A stretch of DNA of 64,000 nt from Planctomycetota bacterium (GCA_965223845.1 CBDCXR010000004.1:6336001-6400000); one strand, 5' to 3'; shown: positions 55,701 through 58,133, counted from the stretch's first letter. The notes: generated by a model not told the origin, from the sequence alone. Numbers and translations are program-made.

Positions 55701-57067
55701 TCGTGGCGATCACGACGACCGACCTGCACGTGACCGACGTCGACAATCTCGCCTCGGAAATCGTCTACACCGTCGTTGCCGGCCCGCAGAATGGGCAGCT
55801 GGAGCTGGTGTCGAACCCCGGGGTCGCGATCGGTTCGTTCACGCAAGCGGAGATCGACGCCGGCGAGCTCGTCTACCTCCACGACGGCAGCTTGACGTCC
55901 ACGGGCGACTTCGAGTTCACCGTATCGGACGGCGCTGGCGGAGCCATCGGACTCACGACCTATACGATCAACGTGACGCCGGCGAATCTCGCGCCGTCCG
56001 TGAGCGGGAATTCGTTTACGGTCGCGAGCGGAGCGCCGGCCGGAACGTTCGTGGGGGTGGTTTCGGCGTCGGACCCGAACCCGGGCGATCGACTCCAATA
56101 CAGCATCATCGCGGGGAACACGGGCGGCGCGTTCGCGATCGACGAGGTGAGCGGCTCGATTGCGGTCGCGAGCGCAGCGCTCGTCGACGCTTCGGTCCAG
56201 TCGCTCTACGTCCTCACGGTGCTGGTCGCCGACGACGGCTTCCCGTCGCTTTCGTCGACGGCTTCCGTCGCGATCGCGATCGAGCCGCCGAGTGGTGGTC
56301 CGACCGGTACGCCCACGGACCCGGATCCGTCCGGTTCGGACGATCCGACCGATCCGACGGACCCAACGGATCCGAGTGATCCAGGCGATACCGCTGATCC
56401 GACGGACCCGGGACCCGAGGACGATGGCGGCGGTGATGCCGACTCCGGCGACCCCACCTCGCCCGAAGAGCCGGGGGCGTCGCCTGATCCCGACTCCGAG
56501 CTCGATCCCGACTTGATCGACCCCGAACCGTTCGACGATCTCTTCCCGGACTTTGATCCGTTCGGATCCGCTCCCCCGGAGGACGATCCGATCCTCGATC
56601 CGGTCGCACCGCCGGACGGCGAAGCGCCGTCACCGACCGAGCCCGTGACGACGCTCGTTTCGAACCGACGTTCGACTCGGACTCTGGGAAGCAGCACGCC
56701 GACTTTGATTCCGGACGTGAACGATCTGCCCCCGCCCGAGTTCCTCGCTCCCGATACCGAATCTCTCTACGCGGCTGTCGACATGATGGCAGCGGAGATC
56801 GAGGAGTCGGTGGAGCAGGAGAATCTCGACTACAGCTTCGTCATGGGACCCGTCAAGATCAGCGCCCTCGCGGTGACGGCGGGGTACCTCATCTGGATCC
56901 TCCGCGTCGGCGCGCTCGCGGCGGCGTGGCTGTCGTCGTCGCCGCTATGGGTTCGCTTCGATCCGCTGCCCGTTCTCGCGTCGAAGCGATCGAAAGAAGA
57001 AGAGGCGAAGAGGAAACGCACGGACGAGGAGGATCGCCGCGAAACCGGCGATCTATTCGACGCCTAG
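22781..57067 (+). CDS. Giant (~11,428 aa) LEPRxLL-domain surface/adhesin-like protein: SBBP propeller, nine 7-repeat propeller-like modules, Ig/cadherin-like domains, 2 LamG domains, CSPG/cadherin-like tandem repeats, Pro/Asp linker and hydrophobic C-terminal tail
   Basis: Uninterrupted ORF 22595..57067. ATG 22781 gives MSSRRPRRTPRYRLEELEPRILLS, placing the LEPRxLL motif at its usual N-terminal position. Repeats were read directly from the translation. Confidence 0.92.
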   Translation: MSSRRPRRTPRYRLEELEPRILLSADPLAATDSGPEADILEDAAISATVDVRPESSPNRSDPDGSVDSTQQGTPAPRIDPTALPLAFEENVGQVAAEVDFVARGSGYAVFLADADAVFRFDHGQTESSSIRLEIVGRNEGTASRGESPLGGKSNYFGGSDPREWLTGIDQFASVRYDEVYAGIDVRYYGNQRQLEYDFIIAAGGDPNAIALRIAGAEEVSVDAAGALRIDMGAGHAPIHFNAPFAYQTDANGAQSAVAAEYSLRADGTVGFEVGAYDTDRELVIDPLLEWATYLGGTGVDDASKVEVDAAGNLYLAGHTQSLDFPGSEVGTGLAKSAADTDAFVVKLTSDGTGTIYSSFLAGSGNERVTDLAVDAAGNAYVVGDTASIDFATTANAYDTTYNNSDAFVVKLNADGNTLLYSTFLGGSGANDAANGLALDASGNIYVTGRTDSPDSGNPANQFPITGGAYDGTLGGSTDAYVAKFDPAQSGGASLVYSTFFGGSSGEEGTDIAVDTSGRAHITGFTTSTDLDTTASAYDSALGGSIDTFLARFDASGGILEYSTYFGGALGIDEVAAAIALDPNGLVYVAGRTDASDFPTTAGAADVTFAGSRDVYVAKFDLTESGANALLYATFVGGTGYDIAQDVAIDTNGNAWVVGETRSTDLAVTANAHDGVFSGGLNDAFVAAISTDGSLMPYLSYLGGGGDDVAHGVAVDTVGNVFVAGAAGGSFDNVPAPNSIGPTGSTDAFLVKLDANFAPALDLDANDSSGAGGVDFAATFTEGGGPVAISDSDAILSDADNVVLHSLTVEIGNAFDGAAEILSADTSGTSIALSYDATTHRLTLSGADSTANYQQVLRTVAYENTSSVSNDTARSITFVVSDGLASSTVATATVAIAATNDPPVNTVPGPQVTAQDTPLTFSNANSNALSVADDSGAGIIELTLSVNDGTLTLPSIPAAGPVGRANTETTNVQDFATVAMAPDGTYVVVWESSGQDGDLTGVFGQRFDASGQPIGVEFQVNTETASGQGGPAIAVSDSGSFVVVWESVGQDGDQGGIYGQRFDVSGAKSGSEFRVNTVTTGEQANAQIAMDGAGNFVVVWTSLGQDGSDEGVYKQSYAANGTPIGVETLVNTATANHQGRPSVDMNDAGDYVITWSSVFQDGDSWGVYAQRFDSGGAVGSEFLVNTTTAGAQWNSDVAVDSSGGFVIVWDDLGGLDGDGRGVFLQRYDSSGNPLGGETPVNISTAGDQELARIEMLDDGSFLVVWESGDLFDTNVFGQRFDAVGNEVGDETVLATTGDSALSYPSVSSNGTGTFVVSWFGNRPEDADGVYAQLYGDENVSYVAGDGVADATVTVRGSLFEVNGLLEGLVYTPNPGFNGIDTLTVTTDDLGNTGSPGPLQDVDEVQITVGSTNAPVVDLDADDSSGAGASNFLTTWTESGGPVLLADVDGTVVDADGNMTGLTVTITNLLDGIDEVLAADTTGTSIAASYNSATGVLSLTGADTAANYQQVLRTITYDNASTTPDITARIIAFTPHDALTDGNTARTTLTIEAINDPPVNTVPGAQATAQDTPLAFGSGGGNQIAVADVDDEEVEVTLSVNDGTLTVRPLAPNGGETLVNSTTSLSQLAPSIAYDASENFVVAFMDSSADEGDIRVRRFDSAGVPFGPDFLVNATTSGEQQDPVIAGAPDGRFVVAWESLAQDQASTWGIYARVYDGTGTPLTGEILVNSTTAGDQRRPAVVMHDDGTFAIAWEGNGSGDADGVFLRRFDASGTALDAELLVNDSVGFLQDTVALGTDGAGNYVVAWESSLQDGDNSGIYARRVDSGGNLVGSEFQVNTTSALGQFTPAIGMAGDGSFVIAWASQVQDGDGNGVYARRYDASGTPLGGEFLVNVITAGTQFNPSVAVRSDGEFAVAWQTPDANSNGIAVRRFAADGTPLGGEVAVNTTTSGIQQRPWVAYTPSGSLDVLWDGNGSGDTGGVFLQRYGVPEVTFTLGDGSEDATFAMRGEIADVTLALDGLVYAPNSGFNGTDTLTVTTDDLGNTGSPGPLQDVDNVAIAVGNPNAPAVNLDADDSSGAGGNDFAATWTEGAGPVFIADADASFVDGDEDANELTVTITNLLDGTDEVLAADTSGTSIVASYNSGTGVLALSGADTAANYQQVLRTITYDNASDTPDPTARVITFTPVDAISSGNTATTTLAVSATNDPPINSVPGVQTTPKDTELVFSTNAGNAIGVTDPDAAPELEVTLSVTNGTLSLDLGGAIALEAAANTTTSGIQSSTVVATRPNGESIVVWQSDQTGSLEIYAQRYAPNGSLVGGEFRVNADTSGSQRRPDVGYAPDGSFVVVWSDSRGADADIYYRRFDASGTALTGDVIVNTTTAGHQTEPQIAFDGSGNFVVIWEGEDADGEGIFGQRFDASGSSVGAEFSVNATTADQQDDPAVAMDSSGNFVVVWESYQQDGDAEGTYLQRFDSAANKIGGEVQVATTTSGSQNQPDIAMDSSGNFVVVWEMNDSDDDGVYLQRFDASGTKLGGETLVNTNETRDQEDPSVSLNGAGDFVVVWESVQADGTTHVMARRYAADGTALGGEFRVHEGGAGDYFVPDVAVSDTGFVVAWEGAGAGDSDGVFRRQFRALDLTFSAGDGSEDATITVRGTPPDLNAALSGLIYRSNAGYEGADVLTISTDDLGSSGSGGPQSDVDVVNINVQFAPALDLDADDSAAPGVDFAATWTEAGGPVAIADADAALSDVDSAALTLLAVTITNLLDGTDESLAADTTGTSIAASYDGATGVLTLSGVDSVANYQQVLRTVTYDNASIAPDLTARVIRFVARDGTNASDVATTTLTVNAVNDPPVNTVPGDQSTFEDTPLVFSVANGNAISVNDPDVATNLLELSLAVSDGTLTVNPTIAEGSETLINTTTTNNQVSPEIAVASDGSYVVVWSSFSQDGDSWGVFTQRYDASGAAIGGETQVNTTTISMQTNVQVAIDPVTGDSIVTWSSLNQDSGTTWGIYMRRLDSSSNPLTAETLVNTTVSGDQSFSTIAMDAAGNYAIAWAGEGPGDASGVFVRRFDATDTPLGAEVLVNTETADVQDTADLAMDDAGNFVVVWESSNQDGTATGIYGQRFDATGAPQGAEFRVSPLAQNRGAQPSVAMDADGDFVVAWRDIDGNEIEAQRYDASGVAQGGVIVVSPPTADSVINTLVEMNSTGDFVVVWDEYNTTVLEYTNVYAQRYDSSGTPYGPRLTANSTVTGEQHSPGVSYEDSGRLRFVYSGNGPGDVGGIFLQQYRTANLSFSTGDGVGDAAMTFTATQSHANAVLSGLTYQPNASFVGLDTLTLTTNDLGNTGTPGSLIDADIVNITVTGTTSPGLILATTDDVATSGVNGLPSWSAGTGVEAGDPGLALEPGTTAGTFSAAFDLDPFAADSSVELVGLHYVGKAITIGTTNTVALLPGDVLFTVESGAGETLTSTNSVSLASNDVVRFRPDLPGDYGTGTFEVVLEAPVPNPIRALSLIESTTTLPDTTLDAGDFLFGLNQTGTANDVFLYEVTDAGAGTTSGTLSTLITGDDISMGTGSVASENLAGLDFVESDLVVGGRSLSEGTLLVTLSSDDAAVGTNSLSTTARDIFVLDISTTTRGTGTTAATANLLFEGVDAGFDVVQEEIVAMALLPVVGVAPQLDLDADDSSAAGADYTTSWTEDAGPVSIADSDATVTDIDSANLASITVTITNLLDGTAEVLAADTTGTSITAAYSSGTGVLVLSGSDTVANYEQVLRTVTYNNSSDTPDTTSRVITFQASDGVNTGSPATTTLTVFPHNDSPFLDLDADDSVVVGTGYSTTFTEGGPPVAVADTDAILTDADNSNLLRLTVRITNQLDGAAELLDADVSGTSITKSYDSGTGILTLDGNDTLANYVQVLRTVTYENTSEAPDTTTRSLEFIGSGPGALPTNFSNLAYTDVTIVATNDPPVNAVPGAQSTAQDTDLVFSSGGGNGISVSDVDAGAAAIEVTLSVTNGTLSIDLTGALGPEATANATTANPQETPAVAVAPDGTYVVVWGSDAQDGDSYGIYGRRFDADGVAIGGEFQVNTATANSQQIPAIAMDDSGNFVVVWESLLQDGDSWGVFAQRFDATAAKVGGEFQVNTTTASIQRSPDVAMDSDGDFVVAWQTLGQDGSSYAVYAQRYDSTGTAQGAEFQVNTTSANTQDSPVVAMDASGEFVVAWESTDQDGSGDGIYSRRYDAAGTPLSGEVQVHSTTAGAQSSPAIAMDAGGDYVIVWESADADQFGIFGQRFDGSGAAVGGEFPVNTETANDQLLSAVAVDPAGGFVVAWQSWGQDGSGYGIYAQRFDASGTAVGDEFPLSSTTLNDQINVTLAVSDAGQIVAAWDGETAGDTQGIAVRRFRPPAVTFTTGDGTNDATIVFTGTLPHANQALEGLTYTPNASYVGSDTLTVTVDDLGNTGAPGALQDVDAVAITVFDPAPQLDLDADDSAAAGIDFAATWTEDGGPIAVADTDAALADVDSANLSSLVVTITNQLDGTAEVLSADTTGTSIVASYVAATGVLTLSGADSVASYQQVLRTTTYDNTASTPDATARVITYVASDGTHNSSVATTTLAMSITTSPGRAIWRNSGDFTPDSSVWNGIAFVGAQNTANIGDLRWLDAAVAPTRDEVIVVGVDFIGLVNGEIWNGSEWTALPFNSLTFASDPGNQVVDVAYESQSGHALLVWTNNNVGSESVSFRVWDGATWSDEATITAPSTTWARELRLEANPLSDEMILVASDDDATEWAAVWDGSSWGDTVLLDSATASDRKEIGVAYESQSGHALVVYDATGNGSDLNYRTWDGATWSSQQTLTAPFGTHLDNDLEYTALASDPTSNRIALGVVASGTQNENWFAIWDGSTWGDELLASTLALAGSLDVAVGFESQSGDLLVTYTEPSTQPRYRTWSSGGGWSGPLLLPDIGAFPDVMLLEPDPHTNALMLSVQDSASDLHYLLWDGAKWGADQELSTNTGETVYQPFTFLFSKALLPPVLDLDANNSTASGIAFATTWTEHGGPVAIADVDATLIDDGANLTSLTVTISNLFDAPAEILAADTSGTAISANYVAATGTLTLSGLDSVANYEQVLRTVTYDNTSEVSDDTARVIHFVASDGTNTSAFAPTTLTIIASNDPPVNVVPATQSTDTDTELVFSGATGNPVTVGDVDAAAGDTLEVTLAVANGTLSLGAAGAFADQVTVNSSNGGEQREVEIAATPTGEFIAVWDSNHTGSREIYAQIYDASGNPVGGEFRVNQATSGTQFQATVSVDDAGNFVVVWRGNPGADTDIYARMFDSAGNPTTGDILVNSTLPGDQGEVDVAMDSDGDFVVVWEGFDVDNEGVFGRRFDSSGTASGLEFKINTYTTGQQDDPRVASAGDGRFVVVWESDGQDGDGEGVYGQLYDGTGAAVGGEFLVTTTTSDSQNEPDVAMDDAGNFTVIWQMDDVDERGVFFQRFDAAGTKLGGETQVNTETAWSQTRAAISMNGAGEFVVAWQSEGQDGSGLGVYARRYDSSGAALGGEIPLASDTAGDQTAPAVAVHDSGFVTAWEGAGGGDATTISARRYENIDIAFTAGDGAEDATVSIQGSKAELNAVLDGLIFRPNAGFVGYDALTVTTNDLGNTGAPGALQDVDNVAIAVGTPGVVITATSPVQPVGAEFRVNSTTANQQALPDAASDADGNTVVVWQSDLQDDGSSKGIYGQRYDAAGNTVGGEFLVNTTVVGDQASPSIAMAPDGRFVVVWDSAGQDGDGTGVYGQLFDASGVAVGSEFQIHATTTGNQDNASVAMANDGSFVVVWQSSTGDASGFGVVGRRFDATGAAKDREFGVNDTEAGDQFGPSVATDADGDFVVTWTSNGQDGSGFGVYAQRFDREGNDRGPEFLVSTATANDQSDSVVAMDAAGNFVIAWRSDLQDGSSGGVYAQRYAADGTALGSEFAVNTTTADDQREPAIAMNDAGDFVIAWTSHLQDGSAGAAILRGFAADGTPASAELQVNTATANEQSRPRIAADAAGGFTVAWQSALQDGSQEGVYARRFTQTTTEAGGTATFEVVLAGPPTDNVVATLALSDGSEGSLSATSLVFTTADWSTPQTVTVTGLADGLTDGDIAYSVMTDSSTSLDARYAAIDPADVRLVNIDATVADAIVVAANDAYNTNEDTPIVFDPTTNDFDAESQAITVVEFTQPANGTVVDNGDGTFTYTPDLEFSGADSFDYVAIDAGAGLQHYWALDGDANDSVAAANGTLNGTSTVAGDIGNGLGFNETSDYVLLPDVTYAGEFTISFEFKIDDNPGTLFQYLYSHGDINTFNSVNVFLSESGHPSDPNLLRAVVRDGDDTLDNFALQVDVSALIGDGQWHTYTLTAGAGGLEVFIDGVSAASDPTRGTGGINPTGGVYLGARHDLEIDRYYGGALDSVQIFSSALDSSQVSAIAGTVNRATVNLTVDPVNDVPVLDLDANDSAAAGVDFAASWVENFGPVAIADSDASLTDVDSATLDSLTVTITNQLDGTAEVLAADTTGTSIVATYVGATGILTLSGTDSVANYEQVLRTVTYDSSSDVPDQTARVITFVANDGSDPSPVATTTVAITAENDVNVITTSSGNVSYTEQSSPVVIDSGLTLVDPDGADGTDPASGFVAAIRIETNFDPGDVLGFTDTANIVGSFVGNQLVLSVRGGETASVAEFEAALRTVTFANNADAPSAATRTISFTFDDGIDSGAPATRDLDFTAENDPPVNAVPGAQQTAVDTDLVFSAATGNGLSTSDSDAGNALLEMSLDVSSGALTLNTNGFVGGETLSNVFSPSTPSPAGVQSSPRVAVAPDGTYVMVWESPDADGTGVYAMRFDAAGNPLWAQFRVNSTETLDQSRPVIAMDSAGNFVIAWSDDSGAGTIRARRFTATGGSIGGEFQVNTTTADVQSAPALAVDAAGNFFLAWESMNQDGSQNGVYGQFYSSSGSALGGEILVNTNTSGSQQAPAASYDSAGNLVVVWEDETQDGSGFGIYGQRYDAARNPVGGEFLVNSTTADVQSTPDLAHDSSGGFVVVWESNLSDGSGFGIYGQRYDASGTKVGGEFLVNSTTAGSQTDPSIAIAADDSFWVSWTDAGGLDGDGEGVFAQRFDASATPIGGEFRINTTVSGGQHASDIDVNVDGRMIVAWAGEGVGDADGVFAQQIQAIDLTFSVGDGIDEASMTLRGSANDLNVALDGLVYTPNAIYVGGDLLTITVDDLGSTGSPGALQDADNVSITVYDPAPQLDLDADDSAAAGVDFATTWTEGAGPVAIADVDAAVSDFDSATLASITVTITNQLDGTDEVLAADTTGTSIVASYVAATGVLTLSGADSVANYEQVLRTITYDNLAVAPDSTARVITAQATDGATSSLVATSTVSMNVAPTDLIIDSEGTAEQIVNSFTTGNQNRPAIASFADGGVIVAWSSDGQDGDGEGIYAQRLDRDGNPVGGEFLVNQTTVDTQSLPSVAAFADGGFVVAWQDQNTGFSAWTEARVYDSGGNPVTAEFQYSGGLEGYHPTVLALDANRFVVTWNERVDATTDTLKAQIYDRTGAAIGGEIVLGDLVGSAGRFGSDTETALLTSGGFAVAWLSNDDAGTTPETRLRMFDSNGVATSGQILVGGDGDPDVAGLVDGNIAIVYGDGGDVSGQVFAPDGTVVVSEFTVNSTTTGVQVSPTVTELPGGGFFVSWQSDSGDGDGTAILGQRFDATSSPVGGEILINTTATGNQRLPEAAQTSEGRVRLVWFSAAQDGSGDAVVSRVVAVGGRVLENSANGTVVANVTDVIDANVADTHTYSLTDNAGGRFGIDVNSGAISVADGSLLDFETDPSHTITVRVTDSAGLTYDEVLTIAVIDVNESPTLGTNALVISEGGTVVFGGSELSASDPESAPGLLQFTVSGVTGGQFEEAASPGVAITSFTQAQVTAGDIQFVHDGGEAAPSYSVTVSDGALSDGPHAATVTFTNQNDPPVIGNNALTISEGGTVVLSATEFSATDIDTLDSTLQFTVSGVTNGQFEEVANPGVAVTTFTQAQVTSGAIQFVHNGGEAAPAYSVTVSDGALSDGPEAATITFSNVNDVPAVDLDADDSNSPGLDFATTWTEGLGPVAVTDADAVVSDVDSANLISLTVTITNSIDGVNEVLAADTTGTSITASYDAGTSVLTLSGSDSLANYQQVLRTVTYDNTAGNPNTSVRSLAFVASDSGGPSSTATTTLSIVAGVNQGLVGHYQLDEGSGTIAVDSSSFGWDGVHAGPTNPVHVDGRVGSGALDFAGDFDRVEVPDAPDGHLDFGAGDFSVSFWLNTTQVPASESRLVGKQAGGATPGFIFFTDSFGDINFAGGDGASQELVWGSGALDGAWHHVTGQRVGNQFQLYIDGVLVDSTTGSISSIDNAEALVMGASSAEYDGVLDDIRLYDHALTVGEIGALANPPRVDLDADNSVSPGDAFATTWVEGSGPVNVADADAIVTDGNDADLVSLTITIANQLDGALEVLSADTTGTSISASYDSGTGTLTLSGIDSVANYQQVLRTVTYDNGSDAPNSTTRTLEVVADDGMIQSNVAIATVSITPTNDSPTAVADTDSVAEGETVTIDLAANDTDPDSALDLNSIVIVSGPSNGSVVVNGDGTVDYTHDGSETTSDSFTYTIDDLPGATSNTATVSVTITAQNDAPVLGNNALTITEGGTVVLSSAELTATDVDDLDSSLQFTVSGVTGGRFEEVASPGVAITSFTQAQVTAGDIQFVHDGGEAAPAYSVTVSDGSLTDGPEAATITFTNQNDPPVIGNNALTIAEGGTVVLSAAELSATDIDTVDSTLQFTVSSVTNGQFEEVANPGVSVTTFTQAQVTAGAIQFVHNGGETAPSYSVTVSDGSLSDGPEAATITFTNQNDPPVIGNNALTITEGGTVVLSGAQLSATDVDTLDSTLQFTVSGVTNGQFEEVANPGVAITSFTQAQVTSGAVQFVHNGGEAAPSYSVTVSDGSLTDGPEAAAITFTNENDAPVLGNNALTITEGGTVVLSGAELAATDIDDVDSTLQFAVSSVSNGQFEEVANPGVSVTTFTQAQVTAGAIQFVHNGGEAAPAYSVTVSDGSLSDGPEAAAITFTNQNDPPVLGNNALTVTEGGTVVLSGAQLSATDVDDVDSTLQFTVSGVTGGQFEEVANPGVAITSFTQAQVTSGAIQFVHNGGESAPAYSVAVSDGSLTDGPEAAAITFTNQNDPPVLGNNALTIAEGGSVVLSATELSATDIDTLDSTLQFTVSGVTNGQFEEVANPGVAVTSFAQAQVAAGAIQFVHNGGEVAPSYSVMVSDGSLSDGPEAAAITFTNQNDPPVIGNNALTIAEGGTVVLSAAELSATDVETLDSTLQFTVSGVTGGQFEEVANPGVAITSFTQAQVTSGAIQFVHNGGESTPAYSVTVSDGSLSDGPEAATVTFTNQNDPPVIGNNALTIAEGGTVVLSGTQLSATDVDDLDSTLQFTVSGVTGGRFEELANPGIAITSFTQAQVTSGDIQFVHDGGEAAPAYSVTVSDGSLSDGPEAATITFTNQNDPPVIGNNALTVSEGGTVVLSAAELSATDIDDVDSTLQFTVSGVTNGQFEEVANPGVSITSFTQAQVTSGAIQFVHNGGEAAPSYSVTVSDGALSDGPEAAAITFTNQNDAPMLGNNALTIAEGGTVVLSSAELSGTDIDTLDSTLQFTVSGVTNGQFEEVANFGIAITSFTQAQVTSGAIQFVHNGGEAAPSYSVTVSDGSLSDGPEAATITFTNQNDPPVLGNNALTITEGGTVVLSGAELSATDIDDVDSTLQFTVSGLTGGQFEEVASPGVAVTSFTQAQVAAGDIQFVHDGGEAAPAYSVAVSDGSLSDGPEAATVTFTNQNDPPVIGNNALTIGEGGTVVLSAAELSATDIDDVDSTLQFTVSGVTNGQFEEVANPGVSITSFTQAQVTSGAIQFVHNGGEAAPSYSVTVSDGALSDGPEAATITFTSQNDPPVIGNNALTIDEGGTVVLSAAELSATDIDDVDSTLQFTVSGVTNGQFEEVANPGVAITSFTQAQVTSGAIQFVHNGGEAAPAYSVTVSDGSLSDGPEVATITFTNQNDAPVIGSNALTIGEGGTVVLSAAELSATDIDDVDSTLQFTVSGVTNGQFEEVANPGVAITSFTQAQVTSGAIQFVHNGGEAAPAYSVTVSDGSLSDGPEAVAITFTNQNDAPVLGNNALTITEGGTVVLSGTELSATDIDTLDSTLQFTVSGVTNGQFEEVANPGVAVTSFTQAQVTSGAIQFVHDGGEAAPSYSVAVSDGALSDGPGAATITFTNQNDAPVLGNNALTITEGGTIVLSATELSATDVESVDSTLQFTVSGVINGQFEEVANPGVAVTSFTQAQVTSGAIQFVHDGGEAAPSYSVTVSDGGLSDGPEAAAITFTNQNDAPVLGNNALTITEGGTVVLSGTELSATDIDTLDSTLQFTVSGVTNGQFEEVANPGVAVTSFTQAQVTSGAIQFVHDGGEAAPSYSVAVSDGSLSDGPEAAAITFTNQNDAPVLGNNTLTITEGGTVVLSGTELSATDIDTLESTLQFTVSGVTNGQFEEVANFGIAITSFTQAQVTSGAIQFVHNGGEAAPSYSVAVSDGSLSDGPEAAAITFTNQNDAPVLGNNALTITEGGTVVLSGTELSATDIDTLESTLQFTVSGVTNGQFEEVANPGVAVTSFTQAQVTSGAIQFVHDGGEAAPSYSVAVSDGALSDGPEAAAITFTNQNDAPVLGNNALTITEGGTIVLSATELSATDVESVDSTLQFTVSGVINGQFEEVANPGVAVTSFTQAQVTSGAIQFVHDGGEAAPNYSVTVSDGALSDGPEAATITFTNQNDAPTAVADVGIVAEGGSATLDLAGNDIDPEGALDLTSIRIVDSPSNGSIVVNDDGTIDYTHDGSETTTDSFTYTVDDAVSATSNVATVSVTVTPQNDNPALVANAPVSVIEGELVAITTTDLHVTDVDNLASEIVYTVVAGPQNGQLELVSNPGVAIGSFTQAEIDAGELVYLHDGSLTSTGDFEFTVSDGAGGAIGLTTYTINVTPANLAPSVSGNSFTVASGAPAGTFVGVVSASDPNPGDRLQYSIIAGNTGGAFAIDEVSGSIAVASAALVDASVQSLYVLTVLVADDGFPSLSSTASVAIAIEPPSGGPTGTPTDPDPSGSDDPTDPTDPTDPSDPGDTADPTDPGPEDDGGGDADSGDPTSPEEPGASPDPDSELDPDLIDPEPFDDLFPDFDPFGSAPPEDDPILDPVAPPDGEAPSPTEPVTTLVSNRRSTRTLGSSTPTLIPDVNDLPPPEFLAPDTESLYAAVDMMAAEIEESVEQENLDYSFVMGPVKISALAVTAGYLIWILRVGALAAAWLSSSPLWVRFDPLPVLASKRSKEEEAKRKRTDEEDRRETGDLFDA
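48817..55357 (+). repeat. 20 tandem 327-bp (109-aa) CSPG/cadherin-like repeats inside the giant gene
   Basis: The unit NDxPVxGNNALTIxEGGTVVLS...FTQAQVTxGxIQFVHxGGExAPxYSVxVSDG recurs with an exact 327-bp period (48817, 49144 ... 52741 ... 55030). Two more copies lie at ~46400-47050. Confidence 0.92.
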
Positions 57068-57203
57068 GCGCGCGCTGCCGGTCGCGCATCCGCCGTTCTC
57101 ACGCTGCACCGGGAACTGCCGGTGATCCGCTCGTCGTGGTGATGCGCGGAAACGGTGAACGGAGCGTCCTCAGGGAGAAAGATGAGAGACGCCGACCATC
57201 GCT

Positions 57204-58133
57204 TCACTTCACCGCGGTGACCGGGACTTCCCGCGCCCGCCCGGCGACGCGATCCGGATCGAGCCGCGACGGGAGGAGCGCGGCGGCGTTCTCGGCCGCG
57301 GCCGCGATCCCACGCCGAACGGACTCGACGAGATCGAGCCCCTCGGCGAGCGCCCACGCGATGCCCGCGGCCATGCAGTCCCCGCAGCCGATGACGTTGA
57401 CGACTTCGGTAGCGAGGCTCCCGAGCGTCCAAGTGGATTCGCCATCGCTCAGCCACGTCGCACGATCGCCGTCGCTCACGACAACGTTCTCCGCTCCCCG
57501 CGAATGAAGCTCGGCGATGGCGCCGCGAAGCTCGTCCTCACCGCTCAGCTCGCGGCCGACCGTACGCGCGAGCTCGGCGCGATTCGGCTTCACGAGAAAC
57601 GGCCGCCGCGCGAGCGCTTCTGTGAGCTCGGGACCACGCGCGTCGATGATCACCCGGGCGCGGGGGGGAGTCTCGTCCATCAGCTCGCCGTAGATTCGGG
57701 TGGGGACACCGCCCGGGAGTGAGCCGCTCAGGACGACGAGTTGCGCTTGCGTCGCCGCGTTTCGGTACGCCTTCATGAACGCGGCGAGCTCGTCTGCGGT
57801 GACGGGGCTCGCGTTCTCGACGAGCTCGGTCGTCTCGCCCGTCGACGCGTCGAGGATGGTCGTACACACGCGAGTGCGGCACGCGGTCTTCACCCACTCC
57901 GCTGAGGCGCCCAGCTCCATGAACTCATCTTCGATCGCGCGACCCGTGGCGCCGCCGCACAACCCGACGGTCTTCGATCGCGCCCCGAGGAAATGAAGCG
58001 CGAGACCGACGTTCGTCACCTTTCCGGACGCCGTCCAGTGGGCTTCCTGCGCGCGGTTGACGTCGCCGGTCTGCACCGACGCGAAGCGAAGCATCTGCTG
58101 CCAGGCCGGGGTGAGCCCCGCCGCGACGATCAC
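57204..58133 (-). CDS. 1-phosphofructokinase-family (PfkB) hexose kinase
   Basis: GLTPAWQ, SGKVTNV, LVVLSGSLP, LVKPNRAEL, NVIGCGDCMAAG. GTG 58133 overlaps the ADH stop codon (GTGA). Confidence 0.88.
   Translation of the reverse strand: MIVAAGLTPAWQQMLRFASVQTGDVNRAQEAHWTASGKVTNVGLALHFLGARSKTVGLCGGATGRAIEDEFMELGASAEWVKTACRTRVCTTILDASTGETTELVENASPVTADELAAFMKAYRNAATQAQLVVLSGSLPGGVPTRIYGELMDETPPRARVIIDARGPELTEALARRPFLVKPNRAELARTVGRELSGEDELRGAIAELHSRGAENVVVSDGDRATWLSDGESTWTLGSLATEVVNVIGCGDCMAAGIAWALAEGLDLVESVRRGIAAAAENAAALLPSRLDPDRVAGRAREVPVTAVK

Noticed and set aside
22787-57089. Many minus-strand and alternate-frame ORFs inside the giant gene
   Set aside because: Shadow ORFs caused by GC-biased codon usage and the repeats; no independent motifs.
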